Source: Vicugna vicugna (lineage: Eukaryota). Taken from it: a stretch of 64,000 nt of DNA. The translations under genes and the position numbers were made by a program. Location: assembly GCA_013265495.1 (NCBI GenBank), contig MU058252.1, positions 1,336,244 to 1,400,243 of the forward strand, written 5' to 3'. The notes beneath the pieces are model-generated. The model was not told where the DNA came from, did no database searches, and was given only the letters and a program-made list of their open reading frames with translations. Below, piece after piece: positions 35,228 to 48,999 of this stretch (position 1 is the first letter of the stretch; every line of letters starts with the position of its first letter).

Positions 35228-36375
35228 AGAAGAGACAGTCTCTTCAGCAAGTGGTGTTGGGAAAACTGGATAGCAGCATGTAAATCAATAAAGTTAGAAC
35301 ACTCCCATACACCTAATTAAACTTAAAAGTTTTGCACAGCAAAGGAAACCATAAGCAAAACAAAACCACCACCTCCTACAGAATGGGAGAAAAATATTTG
35401 CAAATGATGCAACTGACAAAGGTTTAATTTCCAGAATATATAAAAAGCTTATACACTTTAATAACAACAACAAAAAAACCGAACAACCCAATCCAAAAAT
35501 GGGCAGAAGACCTAAATAAAGCAATTCTCCAAGGAAGACATGCAAATGGTCAATAAGCACGTGAAAAAAATGCTCGGTATCACTAATTATCCAAGAAATG
35601 CAAATCAATACTACAATGAGGTATCACCTCACACGGGTCAGAACAGCCATCATTCAAAAGTCCACAAATGATAAATGCTGGAGAGGGTGTGGAGACAAGG
35701 GAACCCTCCTACACTGTTGGTGAGAATGCAGTTTGGTGCTGCCATTATGGAAAACAATATGGAGATTCCTCAAAAGACTAAAAATAGACTTACCCTATGA
35801 TCCAGCAATCCCACTTCTGGGCATGTAACTGGAGGCAACTCTAAATCAAAAAGATACATGCACCCCAATGTTCATAGCAGCACCATTTACAATAGCCAGG
35901 ACATGGAAACAACCTAAATGTCCATCGAAAGATGACTGGGTAAAGAAACTGTGGTATATTTATACAATGAAATACTGCTCGGTTATAAAAAGAATGAAAT
36001 AATGCCATTTGTAGCAACATGGAAGGACCTAGAGATTTCATACTAAGTGAAGTCAGCCAGAAAGAGAAAGAAAAATGTATTATATATCTTACATATGGAA
36101 TTCCAAAAAAATGACACACACACACACACAAAGTTTTTTAAATGAAACAAATGAATTTATTCACAAAACAGAAACAGACTCACAGACATAAAACAAACTT
36201 ATGGTTACCAAAGGGGAAAGGGGACGGGAGGGATAAATTAGGAGTTCGGGATTAGCAGAAATTACTATATACAAAATAGATAAACAACAAGGTCCTACTG
36301 TACAGCACAGGGAACTACATTCCATAGCTTGTAATAACCTGTAATGAAAAAGAATATATATGTAAAAAAAAAAAA
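35228..36375 (+). mobile_element. L1 3' fragment (degenerate ORF2 C-terminus + 3' UTR)
   Basis: acagtctcttcagcaagtggtgttgggaaaactgg...gaaatgcaaatcaa..tacaatgaggtatcacctcac...poly-A. Confidence 0.92.
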
Positions 36376-36447
36376 TCAGAGGGACATGACTTCCTCTTTC
36401 TCAGACTGTGTCGTTTATCTTTATCTATAAAATGGGGTAAACATACC

Positions 36448-36780
36448 TATATTCTTATGGACTGAATGTTTGTGTCTCCCCAAAATTCATATGCTGCCAT
36501 CCTTACCCCCAGTGTGATGGTATTAAGTGGGGTCTTGGGAAGTAATGAGGTCATGAGGGTGGAGCCTACACGAATGGCATTCGTGCCCTTATGAAAGGGA
36601 CCCCAGAGAGCTCTTTCAGTCGCTGCCCTGTGAGGGTACAACTACCAACTGCAACCTGGGAGAGGCGCTCGCGAGGACTCCACCATGCTGGCACCCCAGT
36701 CTCAGACTTCCAGCTTCCAGAATTGTCTAAGCTAACGAGCATATGGTATTTCGAGCAGCCTGAACTGACGGAGACAAACA
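36448..36780. mobile_element. MaLR (MLT1-type) solo LTR
   Basis: tatggactgaatgtttgtgtctccccaaaattcatatg...tcagacttccagcttccagaa...gcagcctgaactgac. Confidence 0.8.
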
Positions 36781-37119
36781 TTGCTTGGGTTCTTGTGCAA
36801 ATTGAATAATATGCTGTGTGTAAGACTCCTGGCACCACTGAACATCAGCTATTATTGTTACTGAGTTCAAAATTAACCTCATAAAACTCTCTCACTTAAG
36901 ATTTTCCCCATCGGCTCCATCTATCTCAGCCTTATGCAATGAAATAATTTTTATTAAGCAACTTGTTTTAACATAAGCTGAGTTTCAACTAATTTGTAGA
37001 TTAAATTGGTCAAGAATTTGAACCTTGCTGAGATAGTTTCCTTATCTGCTAAAGAAGTTGTCCTATTTGACTTTTCAGATCCTGTTTAGTTCTATAATTA
37101 TTTTTATCATTCAATTTAA

Positions 37120-37228
37120 AGTTTTTATTTTTTTAGGTTTTCATTTTAATGGAGGTACTGGGAACTCAACCCAGGACCTCTTCCATGCTAAGCATGAGCT
37201 CTACCACTGAGCTAAACCCACCCCACCC
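37120..37228 (-). mobile_element. Vic-1-like SINE
   Basis: taatggaggtactggg..aacccaggacctc..catgctaagcatgagctctaccactgagcta. Confidence 0.85.
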
Positions 37229-37633
37229 TATTATTCAATTTATATATTAAAAAAACAGTTTAAACTGTGAATCACAGTATTTAAACTGTGTCTGAATATG
37301 TCTTACCTACCAATTTACAGATTGAAAAATATATACATTTATTCATATTTTTAATACTCAAATGATTACAGTTTCTCCATTAAATACCAACAACTGTATT
37401 TTCAATGATAAATTTAGCCCTTTATTTCATTTTATTATTTAAGATATCTAAGTTATATTTTTATGCTGTGTTGGAAATGGGAAATAACTGACAAGTTTAG
37501 AATTTTCCAACATTCAATTGTAGTATCATGAAAATTAATGTGCACAGTTATTTCACATTAATGCAAAGTTCTCAGAGTAAATCTTATTCCTCACCACTGT
37601 CCCATTTTTATTAACATGTACCCTTCTGTAACC

Positions 37634-38110
37634 CAGCAGTTCTCAGTGTGTGGTCAGAGGACTCCTGGGGTCCTGGAGACCCTTTTAGCGGGGCTGTGAG
37701 GTCCTCTCTTTTCCAACTATGTATCTGTGTGAGGCCGCATTTTCTTCCTATAATTCAACCCAAAACATCATACTGCAGTAGATTGAATGCAGATATGAGA
37801 AGCCAGCTGTCTTCTGTTAAACCAGATAGCAGAGAAAGATTTACAAAACTGTAAAACAGGGCCACTCTGCTCAATGTTTTTTTTCGTTTTAGAAAACATA
37901 AATTATTTTTCGTAAAATACTTGTGTTATTTAAATTAACATGCAGTGGGTTTACTATTGTTACTTTGAAATGAATTAATAAATGTTTTAAAATATTCTCA
38001 ATTTTAATTTCTCATACTGCTAAATATAATCTACAGAACCACATCTCCTTGGGGACTCAGTCATTTTTAAGTGTAAAGTGTCCTGAAACCAAAAACTTGA
38101 AAACTTTATG
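37634..38110 (+). mobile_element. hAT-Charlie (Charlie1-type) DNA transposon remnant
   Basis: cagcagttctcagtgtgtggtc...gagaccctttt...gtagattgaatgcagatatgagaagccagctgtcttct. Confidence 0.65.
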
Positions 38111-38254
38111 TTGGGAACTTTCTGCTCCAGCAGAAACATATACCACATTGTAAATGGCTTTCACATTGGATGGAAAGAAGTGAAAATTGTACAATGAAGA
38201 GCTCTCCGCCACGTTTAAGCTCCCTATTGTGGTGTGGTATGTAGCTGATCTAGG

Positions 38255-38416
38255 CCAATGGTTCTCAAACTTGAAGACATCACAATCACCTGCAGGGCTC
38301 ATTCTACCAGATGTTCCAGTGCCGTAGATTTCAGTGGCTCTGAATCTGTGTTTCTAACAAGTTCCCATGTGGTGCTGACTCTGCTGGCCTAGAGCCCTCC
38401 CTTTGAGAACCCCTGG
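38255..38416. mobile_element. MER5A-like hAT MITE
   Basis: Inverted ends ccaatggttctcaaa ... tttgagaacccctgg; internal aatctgtgtttctaacaagttccc. Confidence 0.75.
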
Positions 38417-38774
38417 TCTAGGTCAATGCTTCCAGGATTTTATTCCAAACTATTTTGCCAACTCCATAAAGTAAACTAATTTTTGTCTGAAACATCAGTT
38501 AGAAACAAAAATGTTGTGGGTGTTTGTAGGAGACTGTCATCCATGGCTCCTTGACAAGGGGGGTCACAAACGGAATGGTAAGGGAAAGGAGAATTTCTGT
38601 CCATTCAGATGGATGAAAGCTGTCCAGGTAAGCGGTGGGGTGACAGGCGATGCCACCAAATCCCCTTCACTTCCAACAGGCTTTCCTTTGGGGAGATTTG
38701 TGTTTTGGTAACATTCTTTTTATTTCAATTTTAAAACACTGTTGTTGAGTTTTTAAAAGATGTAAACATATGTA

Positions 38775-39270
38775 CTGTGTTGAATAGCATCTCCCGGCCC
38801 CTAAATTCATCTCCTTCCCAGAACCTCAGAATGTGATCTTATTTGCCTACAGGGTCATTGCAGATGTAATTAGTCAAATTAAGATGAGGTCATACTGGAA
38901 TAGAGGGAGCCCTTAATCCAATAGGAGTGGCAACCTCAAAGAAGAGAAGTGATGCAGAGACAGACATGCACAGAGAAGGGGATGCCACGTGGAGGCAGAC
39001 ACAGAGGGAAGACCGCCACGTGGAGACATAACAGAGGCTGGAATTACCAGCTGCAGGCTGAGGAACAGCTAGGGTTGCGGGCAACCCCAGAAGTCAGGAG
39101 AATGCCTTAGAACAGATTCTCAGCTCCCAAGAAGGAACCAACCGACGCCTTGCTGACACCTTGATTTTGGGCTTCTGGCTTCTTGAACTGTGAAGAGAAT
39201 ACATTCCTATTGTTTTAAGTCACTCAGTTTGTGTTAATTTGTTACAACAGCCTTCAGAAACGAATACAGG
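38775..39270. mobile_element. MaLR (MLT1C/D-like) solo LTR
   Basis: gaacctcagaatgtgatcttattt...gcagatgtaattagt...gacaccttgattttgg..cttctggc...aatttgttacaacagcc..gaaacgaataca. Confidence 0.8.
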
Positions 39271-39764
39271 TATCAAGACAGCAATGAAACAAGACTCATG
39301 CATCAGACACCGTGTGCCACCTCGCACCTCCTGACCCACGTGTTTCTTGTTCCTGCCCCTGCTCCTGCCAGCAGGCCTGCAAGGGCCCCGATCACCTTCA
39401 TGCCTCACCAGTACTTCCCAGCTTCTGTCCTAGGGGCTCCTTGTGCATGCTGCCAAGTGGCCCGGCTCAGCACCCAGTGCATGCTCAGCCCCGAGGGTGG
39501 GACCCTTAATGTCTCTTGGGACAAACCTTTGAATGGTGCTCTGGATACTGGACTCAGGGAGTAAATTCTTCCCTCTTTCTGCCCGTGAAACATGATCCTG
39601 AAATGTAGATTATGTAGCTTTTCAGAGATTGTTCTGTGAGCTTGAACAGTCTATCACTCTTAGTGGCCAGTGTGGTAACACACTTTGACAATGGCCTCTC
39701 CGACCCTGCCTCTTCCTCCTCTTCCTCACTCCCACTTTCCTGGGAGTGTATTATCTATTATCTT

Positions 39765-39912
39765 TATTTGTTGGTAGGAGGGGAGAGGTAATTAGGTTTG
39801 TTTATTTATTTATTATTAGTATTTTTTTAAATGGAGGTACTGGGGCTTAAACCCAGGACGTTGAGCATGCTGAGTATGTGCTCTGCCACTGAGCTGTACC
39901 TTCCCCTCCCCG
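39765..39912 (-). mobile_element. Vic-1-like SINE (inside an older LTR-like segment, ~39270-39990)
   Basis: gaggtaattaggtttg...atggaggtactgggg..aacccaggac...ccactgagctgtacc. Confidence 0.85.
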
Positions 39913-42424
39913 CCCTGCATTACCTTTTAAAGCAGAAGCACAAAGCCCTTGCTTTGGGTTCTACTTTCTGGGGAACCCAGGGTAGAACGGGCCTGAAGCA
40001 GAGCTCTGTTGACATTTCAGAAACATATTAGTAAAAATTAAAGTAGTAATACTAACATGGTAAGAATATTTAAGTATTTTAAAAATGCTAAGAAAATGTT
40101 AGCCGCAGTTTCTAGTTAACCTTCCTGAAAGGATAAATATATATCCATATACGCCCCTATTTACTTACATAAATTGGATCACACTATACTTTTTTCATAA
40201 GACCTCCAGAGCGACCTATTTTTAATTCCTGCAAAGCATTCCAATGTATACTACACTATATTTTATTTTATTTAACTAGTGTTCTGGTTGATGGACATGT
40301 GAGCTGTTTCCAATATTTTGCCATTTCAAACAATACTGCAGTGATCATCTTTGTAAACAGGTCCTGGTGGACTTCTGCAAGTATTTAGCAGTGTAAACTC
40401 CTGCCAGTAGAATTTGTAGGCAGAAGCTAGCGAGCAAGCGAGCCTGTGGACGCGGTCCAGTCAAGACATCCTCCTGGGACCCCGTGCAGGAGAGAAGGCT
40501 GGAATGGGGACCCGGAGAGCCAATAGAAAACATCCAGTGCAGTCAGGAGCATGTTTGACTGCAAGCAAAAGAAAACCAGGCCAACACGCCTTCAACACAG
40601 GGCTCCATTTCCCTCATGTATGGCAAATTCTGGAGGTGAGCCAAGCAGGCCAGGGGCAGGCTGTCCAGGAGGCTGCCAAGTTCCAAATGGCTCTCACTTC
40701 CTGCTCTAGCATCCACAGCGCTGCGCTTTGGTCCTCAGGGTTTTAATCTGGCCGCGGACGTTGAGGTAGGTTGTTCTTATTTCAAGGCTGAGAAGGGGAG
40801 AAGGGAGAGTCTACAGGCAAAGGCTGCAGGTGCAGGCAAGCATCTCTCTCTTTTCAGTTCAGATAGACATCGGTCAGGTCCATCTTTGTGCAACACAGTC
40901 TAGAAATGTCCATCTCACTGGAGAGCTTGGAAGAGTCAATAACCCTACACCATCTCTAGGACAGATGCCTCGTTGAAAAGTATCTCCTTAGCTGGGACTG
41001 CCATTCTGTAATACTTCACTAACACTAAGAAACAGTCAACTGTATTTTGCAGATGTAGGGTTCTGAAGCTCAGAGGCTTCTCAGGAAGTAGCCGGTAGCC
41101 GGCTAGTGGCTCCAGCTAATGGAGCGCTTGCTTCATTTCAAGGATGACAGGGTGGTGACGTTGCTGCTTCCCTGGAGATGCTGAGTTTCCTCTAGTGCTC
41201 TGGTCATTGGCTCTTCCAAATAAACTATAGTAACTTCCACTGCACAATATTCACTCCACTATTCTCTGCACAAATGGCGTCCAATTCAATGGTGGCCCCT
41301 GGGGCTGACTCATCAGAGGTAGGGGTGGTGGGCTGCAGCAGCGGAGGGTCCAGTTCCTTTGCCACCTTCCCCAGAGGCTCTGACGTGGCTGAAATCCAGA
41401 TCCGAGTGGGAAGTCACCAGGGGCGCGAAGGTCAGGCCGCCTCCCGCACCTGCTCACGGCGGAAAGCAGGGAGGTGCCTGCAGCGGGTTCAGGTGAGTCC
41501 CTTCGGAACAGCTCTCCCTCGGTCTTTTCCTTCCCATCCAGCGCGGAACATTTGCAGAGTGACAAGGCCAACCTAGCTGCAGGCGCATCTAAGCGCAGGA
41601 GCATTTCTGCTCTCCAGCCTCTGTGGGAGGGGAGGGCAAGGGGGTGGGGGTTATGAATGACACAAGGGAACCAACCTACAGAGTCTGCTACAAGTAAAAC
41701 GCAGAGTAAATAGACGTGATTTCCCGTCCCTAAAGGATAAAAGCTAATAGCATTTTCTTGCTGTTCCTTCTGGGGGAAAAAAAAACCCAACACACCCACA
41801 CAAAACTTTAAAGCATATATTATTATTGTAGATGCATTTCTATGTTTAAAAAATTGTTAGACAAATGGGATCAAGCTGTTTTGCATTTTGTGCTGTTCAT
41901 TTAATAATATATCTTTAAGCATTGCTAAATTTGCATATACAGATCTACTTTATGGTATAAATGTACCATGCATGAAGTTATCTAACCAGCACCATATTGC
42001 TGGATAATCTGCTGGTATGCGGGGTTTGACTGTTGAAAGGAACATTCTGGTGCAATTTTGATAACTGCTGCCCAGTTGCTCTTCCAGAAGGTCACCCAAC
42101 GCTGTAGTCCCTGTTCCCCACACTGCCACCGGATGTTAAGGGCTTACATTCCTGCCAGGTTGGTCAGTAAATGAGTGTAACTATGTCAGTCACTTGTACG
42201 TCTTTAATAATGGTGGAGGTTAAGCATTTTCTAACTATTGTGCTTTTGCCTCCCCCCCACTAAATACCAATGCTAGAATGAAACTCCATGACCATGGAAT
42301 TTTTGCATTCTGTTCACTGCTTTTACTCCCAGAGCCGAGACAAGTACTTGATGTGTAGTAAGCACTGAGTAAATATTTATTAGGTAAATGAATGGACATT
42401 TGCTTTACAAACCCTTTATGTAGT

Positions 42425-42530
42425 TTTTCTTTTGCTTTGTTTATTTATTTTTAAATTATTTCCCCCTAACAGAGGCAGTGGGGATTGAACCTAGGACCTC
42501 CTGCACGCCAAGCACATGCTCCCCCACCTC
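42425..42530 (-). mobile_element. Vic-1-like SINE fragment
   Basis: ggggattgaacctaggacctcctgcacgccaagcacatgctc preceded by a T-rich tail. Confidence 0.7.
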
Positions 42531-42811
42531 TCCTTTGTGTACTTCCTATGGAATTCTGTTCTTCTTCCTGTTGGTATACGTCCAAGCACCCAAACTCATC
42601 TATATTTAAATGACCAGAAATTTTCTATTTCCATCTCAAACATCTTCAGAGCTCCTAAATAGTTAACTATCTCTTTGAGAGGCACGTGTAAACTATAAAT
42701 GACAGATGACTCAACTATAGAAAGCTTAAACAGTAATGGGATGGACAGTTTCATAACAAGGAGTCATGAGTGGGGCTACCTCCAGGGTGATCAGTGCAGT
42801 GACTCAACAGA

Positions 42812-44377
42812 GCTGGAGAAATAAACCTCCCAGACATCAGACAACACTACAGAGTTACAGTAATCAAAACAGCATGGTATTGGCACAAAAATAGACATAC
42901 AGATCAATGGAACAGAATAGAGGGCCCAGAAAGACACCTGCAGACTTACAGTCAATTAATCTTCAACAAAGGAGGCAAGCATACACAATGGAGAAAAGAC
43001 AGTCTCTTCAGCAAGTGGTGTTGGGAAAACTGGACAGCTGCATGTAAATCAATGAAGTGAGAACACTCCCTCACTCCATACACAAAAATAAACTCAAAAT
43101 GGCTTAAAAAGACTTAAAAACAAGACACAATAAACCTCCTAGAAGAAAACATAGGCAAAACATTTTCTGACATAAATCTTAGCAATGTTCTCCTAGGGCA
43201 ATCTATTAAGGCAATAGAAATAAGAACAAAAATAAACAAATTGGATCTAATTAAACTTATAAGCTTTTCACACCAAAGGAAACCATAAGCTAAACAAAAT
43301 GACAACTTACAGAATGGGAGAAAATATTTGCAAATGATGCAACTGACAGAATATATAAACAGCTCATACAACTTAATAACAACAACAGAAAAACAACCTA
43401 ATCCAAAAATGGGCAGATCTAAACAAGCAATTCTCCAATGAAGACATACAAACAGCCAATAGGCACATGAAAAAATGCTCAATATTGCTAATTATCAGAG
43501 AAACACAAATCAAAACTACAATGAGGTATCACATCACACCAGTCAGAATGGCCATCGTTCAAAAGTCCACAAATGATACATGCTGGAGAGGGTGTGGAGA
43601 AAAGGGAACCCTCCCACACTGTTATTGGTAGGAATTTGGTGCAGCCATTATGGAAAACAGTATGGAGGTTCCTCAAAAGACTAAAAATAGACTTACCATA
43701 TGATCCAGCAATCTTACTCCTGGGCACATATCTCGAGGGAACTCTAATTTGAAAAGATACATGCACCCCAATGTTCACAGCAGCACTACATACAATAGCC
43801 AAGACTTGGAAATGACCTAAAAGTCTATTGACAGAGGACTGGATGAAGAAGCTGTGGTATATTTATACAATGGAATACTACCCAGCCATAAAAAGAATAA
43901 AATGATGCTATTTGCAGCAACATAGATAGACCTACACATCATCATTCTAAGTGAAGTCAGCCAGAAAGAGAAAGAAAAATACCATATGATATCACTCATA
44001 TGTGGAATTTAAAAAAAGAAAAGAAAAGAAAAAAGAAGACACTAATGAACTTACCTACAAAACAGAAACAGACTTACAGACACAGTAAACAAACTTATGG
44101 TTACCAAGAGGAAAGGGGGTGGGAAGGGATAAATTAGGAGTTTGAGATTTGTAAATATTAACTACTATATATAAAATAGATAAACAACAAGTTTCTTCTG
44201 TATAGCACAGGGAATTATATTCAATATCTTGTAGTAACCTATAATGAAAAAGAATATGAAAACAAATACATATATGTATATGTATGACTGAAACATTATT
44301 CTGTGCACCAGAAATTGACACACTGTAACTGACTATACTTCAATAAAACAAAAACAAAATGAAAACAAAACAAAAAA
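42812..44377 (+). mobile_element. L1 3' fragment (~1.56 kb; degenerate ORF2 C-terminus, 3' UTR, A-rich tail)
   Basis: ctacagagttacagtaatcaaaacagcatggtattggcacaaaaatagacatacagatcaatggaacagaatagag (L1 ORF2 [25 protein letters not shown]) through gactatacttcaataaaacaaaaac. Confidence 0.95.
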
Positions 44378-44879
44378 CACTGTCACCAAGAACCTGGGAA
44401 CTGTGGTCATTTTTCTCTGAGGTCCTCAGTGCTCAGCTGGGCTCCCTCCAGCCATCACATCCTGGGAAGATCCAGAGGAAGAGAAAGGGTTATTGTTTCC
44501 TTGGGTCTATTTTAAGAGATAAGAAACTTTCCCCAGAAGCACCTTCAGCAGATTTCTCTCTCACAGCCTCGAGCCACGTGCCTTTTCTTAATACAGTCAC
44601 TGAGACTAGGAACCTAATTATCATGATTTACTTAGGTTATTCAGGATTTCCCTTTCAGGAGGTGAGTGGGGCCAGAATTTAGTGAAGTACATAACCAGAA
44701 GGCAAGAATGGAGGCCTGAACCCAACAAAGTCATATTGATAAAAAAGAAAGATGGGGGCTGGGAACGAAACCTATAGTGTCTTCTGCAGTCTTCACATCC
44801 AACCCAACCACCATGTCTTAGGGGTTTCTCATGTCCTGGACTGTGTGATGCTTTCCACCTCTACAACCACCGTTCTGGA

Positions 44880-45022
44880 GATATATATATATATATATAT
44901 ATAGTGTGTAGTCAGTTCACAATGTTGTGTCAATCTCTGGTGTACAGCATCATGTTTCAATCATCCAAATACACAAACATATTCCTTTTCATATTCTTTT
45001 TCATTATAGGTTAGTACAAGAT
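44880..45022 (-). mobile_element. Short L1 3'-end fragment preceded by (AT)n
   Basis: (at)11 then gtagtcagttcacaatgttgtgtcaatctctggtgtacagc...ttttcatattctttttcattatagg. Confidence 0.8.
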
Positions 45023-45084
45023 CATTCTGGTTATCCTTTGAGTGTTAACAAGCCAACTAAAAACTTGATAGCTTAAAGGAGCAA

Positions 45085-45450
45085 TTATTGTTCTGGGTCA
45101 ATTGTGTATCCCTCAAATTCATATGCTGACGTCCTAAACCCCAGTATCTCAGAATGAGGCCTGACTGGGAATAAGCTCTTAATAGATGTAATCAAGTTAA
45201 ACTGAGGTCACAAGAGTGGGCCCTAATCCAGTATAACTGGTGTCGTATTACAAGGGGGACATTTGGACACAGAGACATGCAGAGACAGAAGGTGATGTGA
45301 CAGGTGGAGAAGACAGCTGTCTAGGAGCCAAGGGGAGGGGCCTGGAACAGATTTTCCCTCACAATCCTCAACTGGAACCAACCCTGCTGACATCTCGGTT
45401 TCAGACCCCTCTGCCTAGTCTGTTAGTAACCGCAGCCCTTGGATGCTAAT
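45085..45450. mobile_element. MaLR (MLT1-type) LTR
   Basis: caaattcatatgctgacgtcctaaaccccagt..cagaatg...gggccctaatccagt..gactggtgtc...gaaccaaccctgctgaca. Confidence 0.75.
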
Positions 45451-47173
45451 ATAGCTAGTGCCTCTCCTGGCCTAGTGGGTGGACTGGACTCAGCAGGGTG
45501 GTTCTTGCCCAGAATCGCTCAAAGAGCAGCCTGGGCTCAAGTCACCCGAAGGCTTGACGGGGTTGGGCTAAGCTGGCACACTCAGGGCTGTGGGCTGTCA
45601 GCTGGAGTCCTACACATGCCTCTTTGTGGTTGGCAGCTCAGTGCCAAGAGCAGTATTCTAAAAGCCAGGAAGTGGGAGTTGGCCAAGGCAGTTAAGGGTT
45701 TTGTCCGTTACTGGCAGTGTCCCTTCCACCATGTTGCATTAGTCAAAGCGATCGCATCGCCCCACCCAGCCTTGAGGGAGTGGAGAAAGAAACGGGACCT
45801 GAACAGTGTAGAAGAACATGCAGAACGGGAGATACTGCTGAGCTCATCTCGGAAAATACAATCCGCCACCCTCTCAAGTCCCAGCTACAGTCCCTTTCTT
45901 TGACTTCGAGGCTTCCCCGTTTATTTTTCCAGTCTTCTCTGCACTACAGTCAGAATGATCTCTTCTAAATGCAAATGTGATCATTTCCCCTCTACTTTAA
46001 ACACTTCACTGGCTCCCCATTGTGTTTAGGATAAAAATAAACTTTCTAACACAGACTATGTTGGTCAGGTTTCTGATGGAAAAGAAACAGAGTGCCCTCA
46101 AAGTGAGCCATCTGAGGCAAGTTTAAGAGATGTACGTGCAGAACGGGGTCAGCAGGATTTGGCAGCATTAGTCTTCAATCGTGTGGCATTTCAAGGAAAA
46201 CAAATATTTCCACATTCAAACATTCTCTCCTTCGAGTCTGACGCCAACTCAGTGACCTAGTCAGGAATCCCCACCCCAGTTTTAAAGCTGAAGAAGCTGA
46301 GGCTTAGAGCCGTTGTGTCTGGGTTGTCTAAGATCACCTGGTCATAAATACATGAGTCAGGAATTAAAACTGATCTTGTGATCCCTCCACCGTGATTTGG
46401 GAGTCCTTCAAATGCACGCCTACCTTTTTTGGCTCTCCTTCCAAGTATTTCTGTATCCATCTTTTGAACAAGACAAGAAGGGAACTGGAGAGTGAAGACT
46501 GATGGCAGCATAGAGCATGTTTTCCAAAACTTTTGCCTCGCCCTTCTGCTTAAAGCTATTATTAGGGTTTCATCGTTAATCAAAGGCGATGGAGCAGAGG
46601 TTCATGGGCTGTCACTTGTTGCTGCTGCTGTTCAATGTCTGTTTGAGTGTTTATAACAGGGTTGATACTACTCAGAACATTCATGGACAAATCTTGGCTT
46701 CTATCTTACTGCAGTGCTTGCAGCAGCGGGGTAAGCCCAAAGTGTTAGCTAATCCTAAATTATTTATTGTTGGCTTATAAAGTAGTCTTATTAATTATGT
46801 AAGAATTTGAGCCTGTCTAAAGTTTGGGGACATCATAATACTTAAAACAAAAAAATGAACTCATGTCATGGAGGGCTTATTAAACGGGAGACTTCGAGTA
46901 TTGTTGAACTTCCCCAAATTTACCCCTCTTCTTACTCCCTCCCTGTGATCCTGTTCCTACTGGGGAATGCTGTCATTTCTCACACCCATGCAGGGTACCA
47001 GTCTATTTCTCTTACACAGAAATTACTTTCTTTCAGGTCTCCTTGGGGCTGAAAAAGGTAATTTTCTCCTCATCTTTCTCTGGGCCACCGCTATCATATA
47101 AAATTAAGAGTTCAACAGGAATGATAAAACTGTAGCATTTTTCAAAAGAATTACTATGTAGCACTTTCCTTAC

Positions 47174-47428
47174 TTTTTTTTCTTTTTTTTAACATTTTTT
47201 ATTGATTTATAATCATTTTGCAATGTTGTGTCAAATTCCAGTGTTCAGCACAATTTTTCAGTCATTCATGGACATATACACACTCATGGTCACATTTTTT
47301 TCTCTGTGAGCTACCACAACATTTTGTGTATATTTCCCTGTGCTATACAGTGTAATCTTGTTTATCTATTCTACAATTTTGAAATCCCAGTCTATCCCTT
47401 CCCACCCTCCACCCCCCTGGTAACCACA
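47174..47428 (-). mobile_element. Younger-subfamily L1 3' end
   Basis: Poly-T, attgatttataatcattttgcaatgttgtgtcaaattccagtgttcagcac...tttccctgtgctatacagt...ccctggtaaccac. Confidence 0.82.
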
Positions 47429-48019
47429 CATATATTTCAAATATATATTCTTTGCTATAAGACCTATTCAGTTTCCAGGAAATTGATGGGCAATACTGTC
47501 CAACTGACACAGTAAAAAAGGTTCTCCCAAGTTCTAGATTACAAACCACCCCTTTGTAATAGGAATGGCGGAAGAAAGAGGGGGTGAAAGGCTTCTCATA
47601 CTTACTTTGAACCTTGACAGCTGCCTTAATTTTTACGCAATCAGCATGCCCTGCTTTTGTAATCAAGACTTTTTGAACAAAAAAGAAAAATTTCTCCATT
47701 GTTGAGTATCTGGAAAAACATTATAACCATAACTTCAAAGTGTTAGCTATTATAGTATACTATTACAGGAGAGACTTTTTTAAAAAATAAAAATTATTCC
47801 CAGCTGATATTATACAAAAAGAATCAGATCTTAAAGTAGGTGCAGATCCTAAATAAAGCAGAACCTCTTCCTCCTTGAATAGGTTAATACTTCCTAGACC
47901 CAAGAGCTATGAATTACAAGACAGCATTTAAAAATATTAACTGGGATCTCCTCCACAGTTTATTGTGCTCTTTGTCCTTCTCTCAACTGGGGAATATCTA
48001 TCAGTAAGTTTGCAGTAGT

Positions 48020-48460
48020 CTAAAGGAGAAAATCCTCAGGATTATCTTAAAAGCTTCAGAAAAAGCATTTGAAAAAATTAAACACCCATTCTTGATTTAA
48101 AAAATTCATAAAATTAGGAATAGAAATAAACTTCCTTAACCTGGTACCAAAAATCTGTAGCAGTATCCTAGGTGAGAGGTAAGTATCAGATGCAGTCTTT
48201 TAGGAAAGGGAGCATGACAAGGATCCAAGCCGTCCATCACGTCCAATACTGGCCGTGGGATCGGGGACCCCGGCCAGCACAACAGGAGTGGAGCTGGATG
48301 TAAAAGACGTGAGACTAGGAAGAGGAGCATCAAGACTATCACTATTGGAGATGACATTATCATCTCTGAAAAAGCCAACAAAATCGATCAACAAGCTACT
48401 GGAACTAATGAGAGGTTCAGCAATGATGCCAGGTTCAAGATCGACTTATGAAGAGAATTA
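48020..48460 (+). mobile_element. Ancient L1 ORF2 (RT region) remnant
   Basis: gaaaaagcatttgaaaaaattaaacacccattcttgat...gatgacattatcatc...aagctactggaactaatgaga, a degenerate L1 RT motif order. Confidence 0.65.
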
Positions 48461-48999
48461 GTGTATCAATCGAGGTACAACCAGGAGGCACAAACCACAC
48501 GTAACTTCAACAGGGAGAGTTCAGCGCAAAGGATGGTTAAGCCACGATAGGAGAGCAAGCTGTGAAGGCGGGAAGAAAGCTCTAAGAGATGCCCTAAAGG
48601 ACCAGCTTGGAGGGAGGCTTCCGTCCCCACTGGATGGCGAAGTCCCTGGACTGCCCGGGCCAGATCTGGTCACAGTCTCCAGGCAAGCAGAAGAAACCGA
48701 GCGGGGCACGGCAAGCCGACGCCGGCAGGTGCACGCACAGGGAGCCAGGGGGCTGCTGCAGGCACGAAGCCCAGAGTGCCTGGTGTCATGTCAAGTCCTG
48801 GGCTCTGGGAAACAACCTCCAGGATGTGGGCCAGCTGGTGCATAGGTGTCCAGAGAGGTCAGACGTGCAGAGAGCCTGCTATGAATACTGTTGAAACAGG
48901 GAGTTGGAGAGTTCAGAGGTCTCTCTAAATTGAGATTATAGAGTTGGAAGTCCAGAGAAGCCAAGACAGAGTTTCAACACAGGCTGGAGTAGAGATTGC

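Noticed and set aside
43114..44321. Minus-strand ORFs (122, 104, 60 and 88 aa), similarly 35294-36131
   Set aside because: Antisense translations of degenerate L1 sequence.
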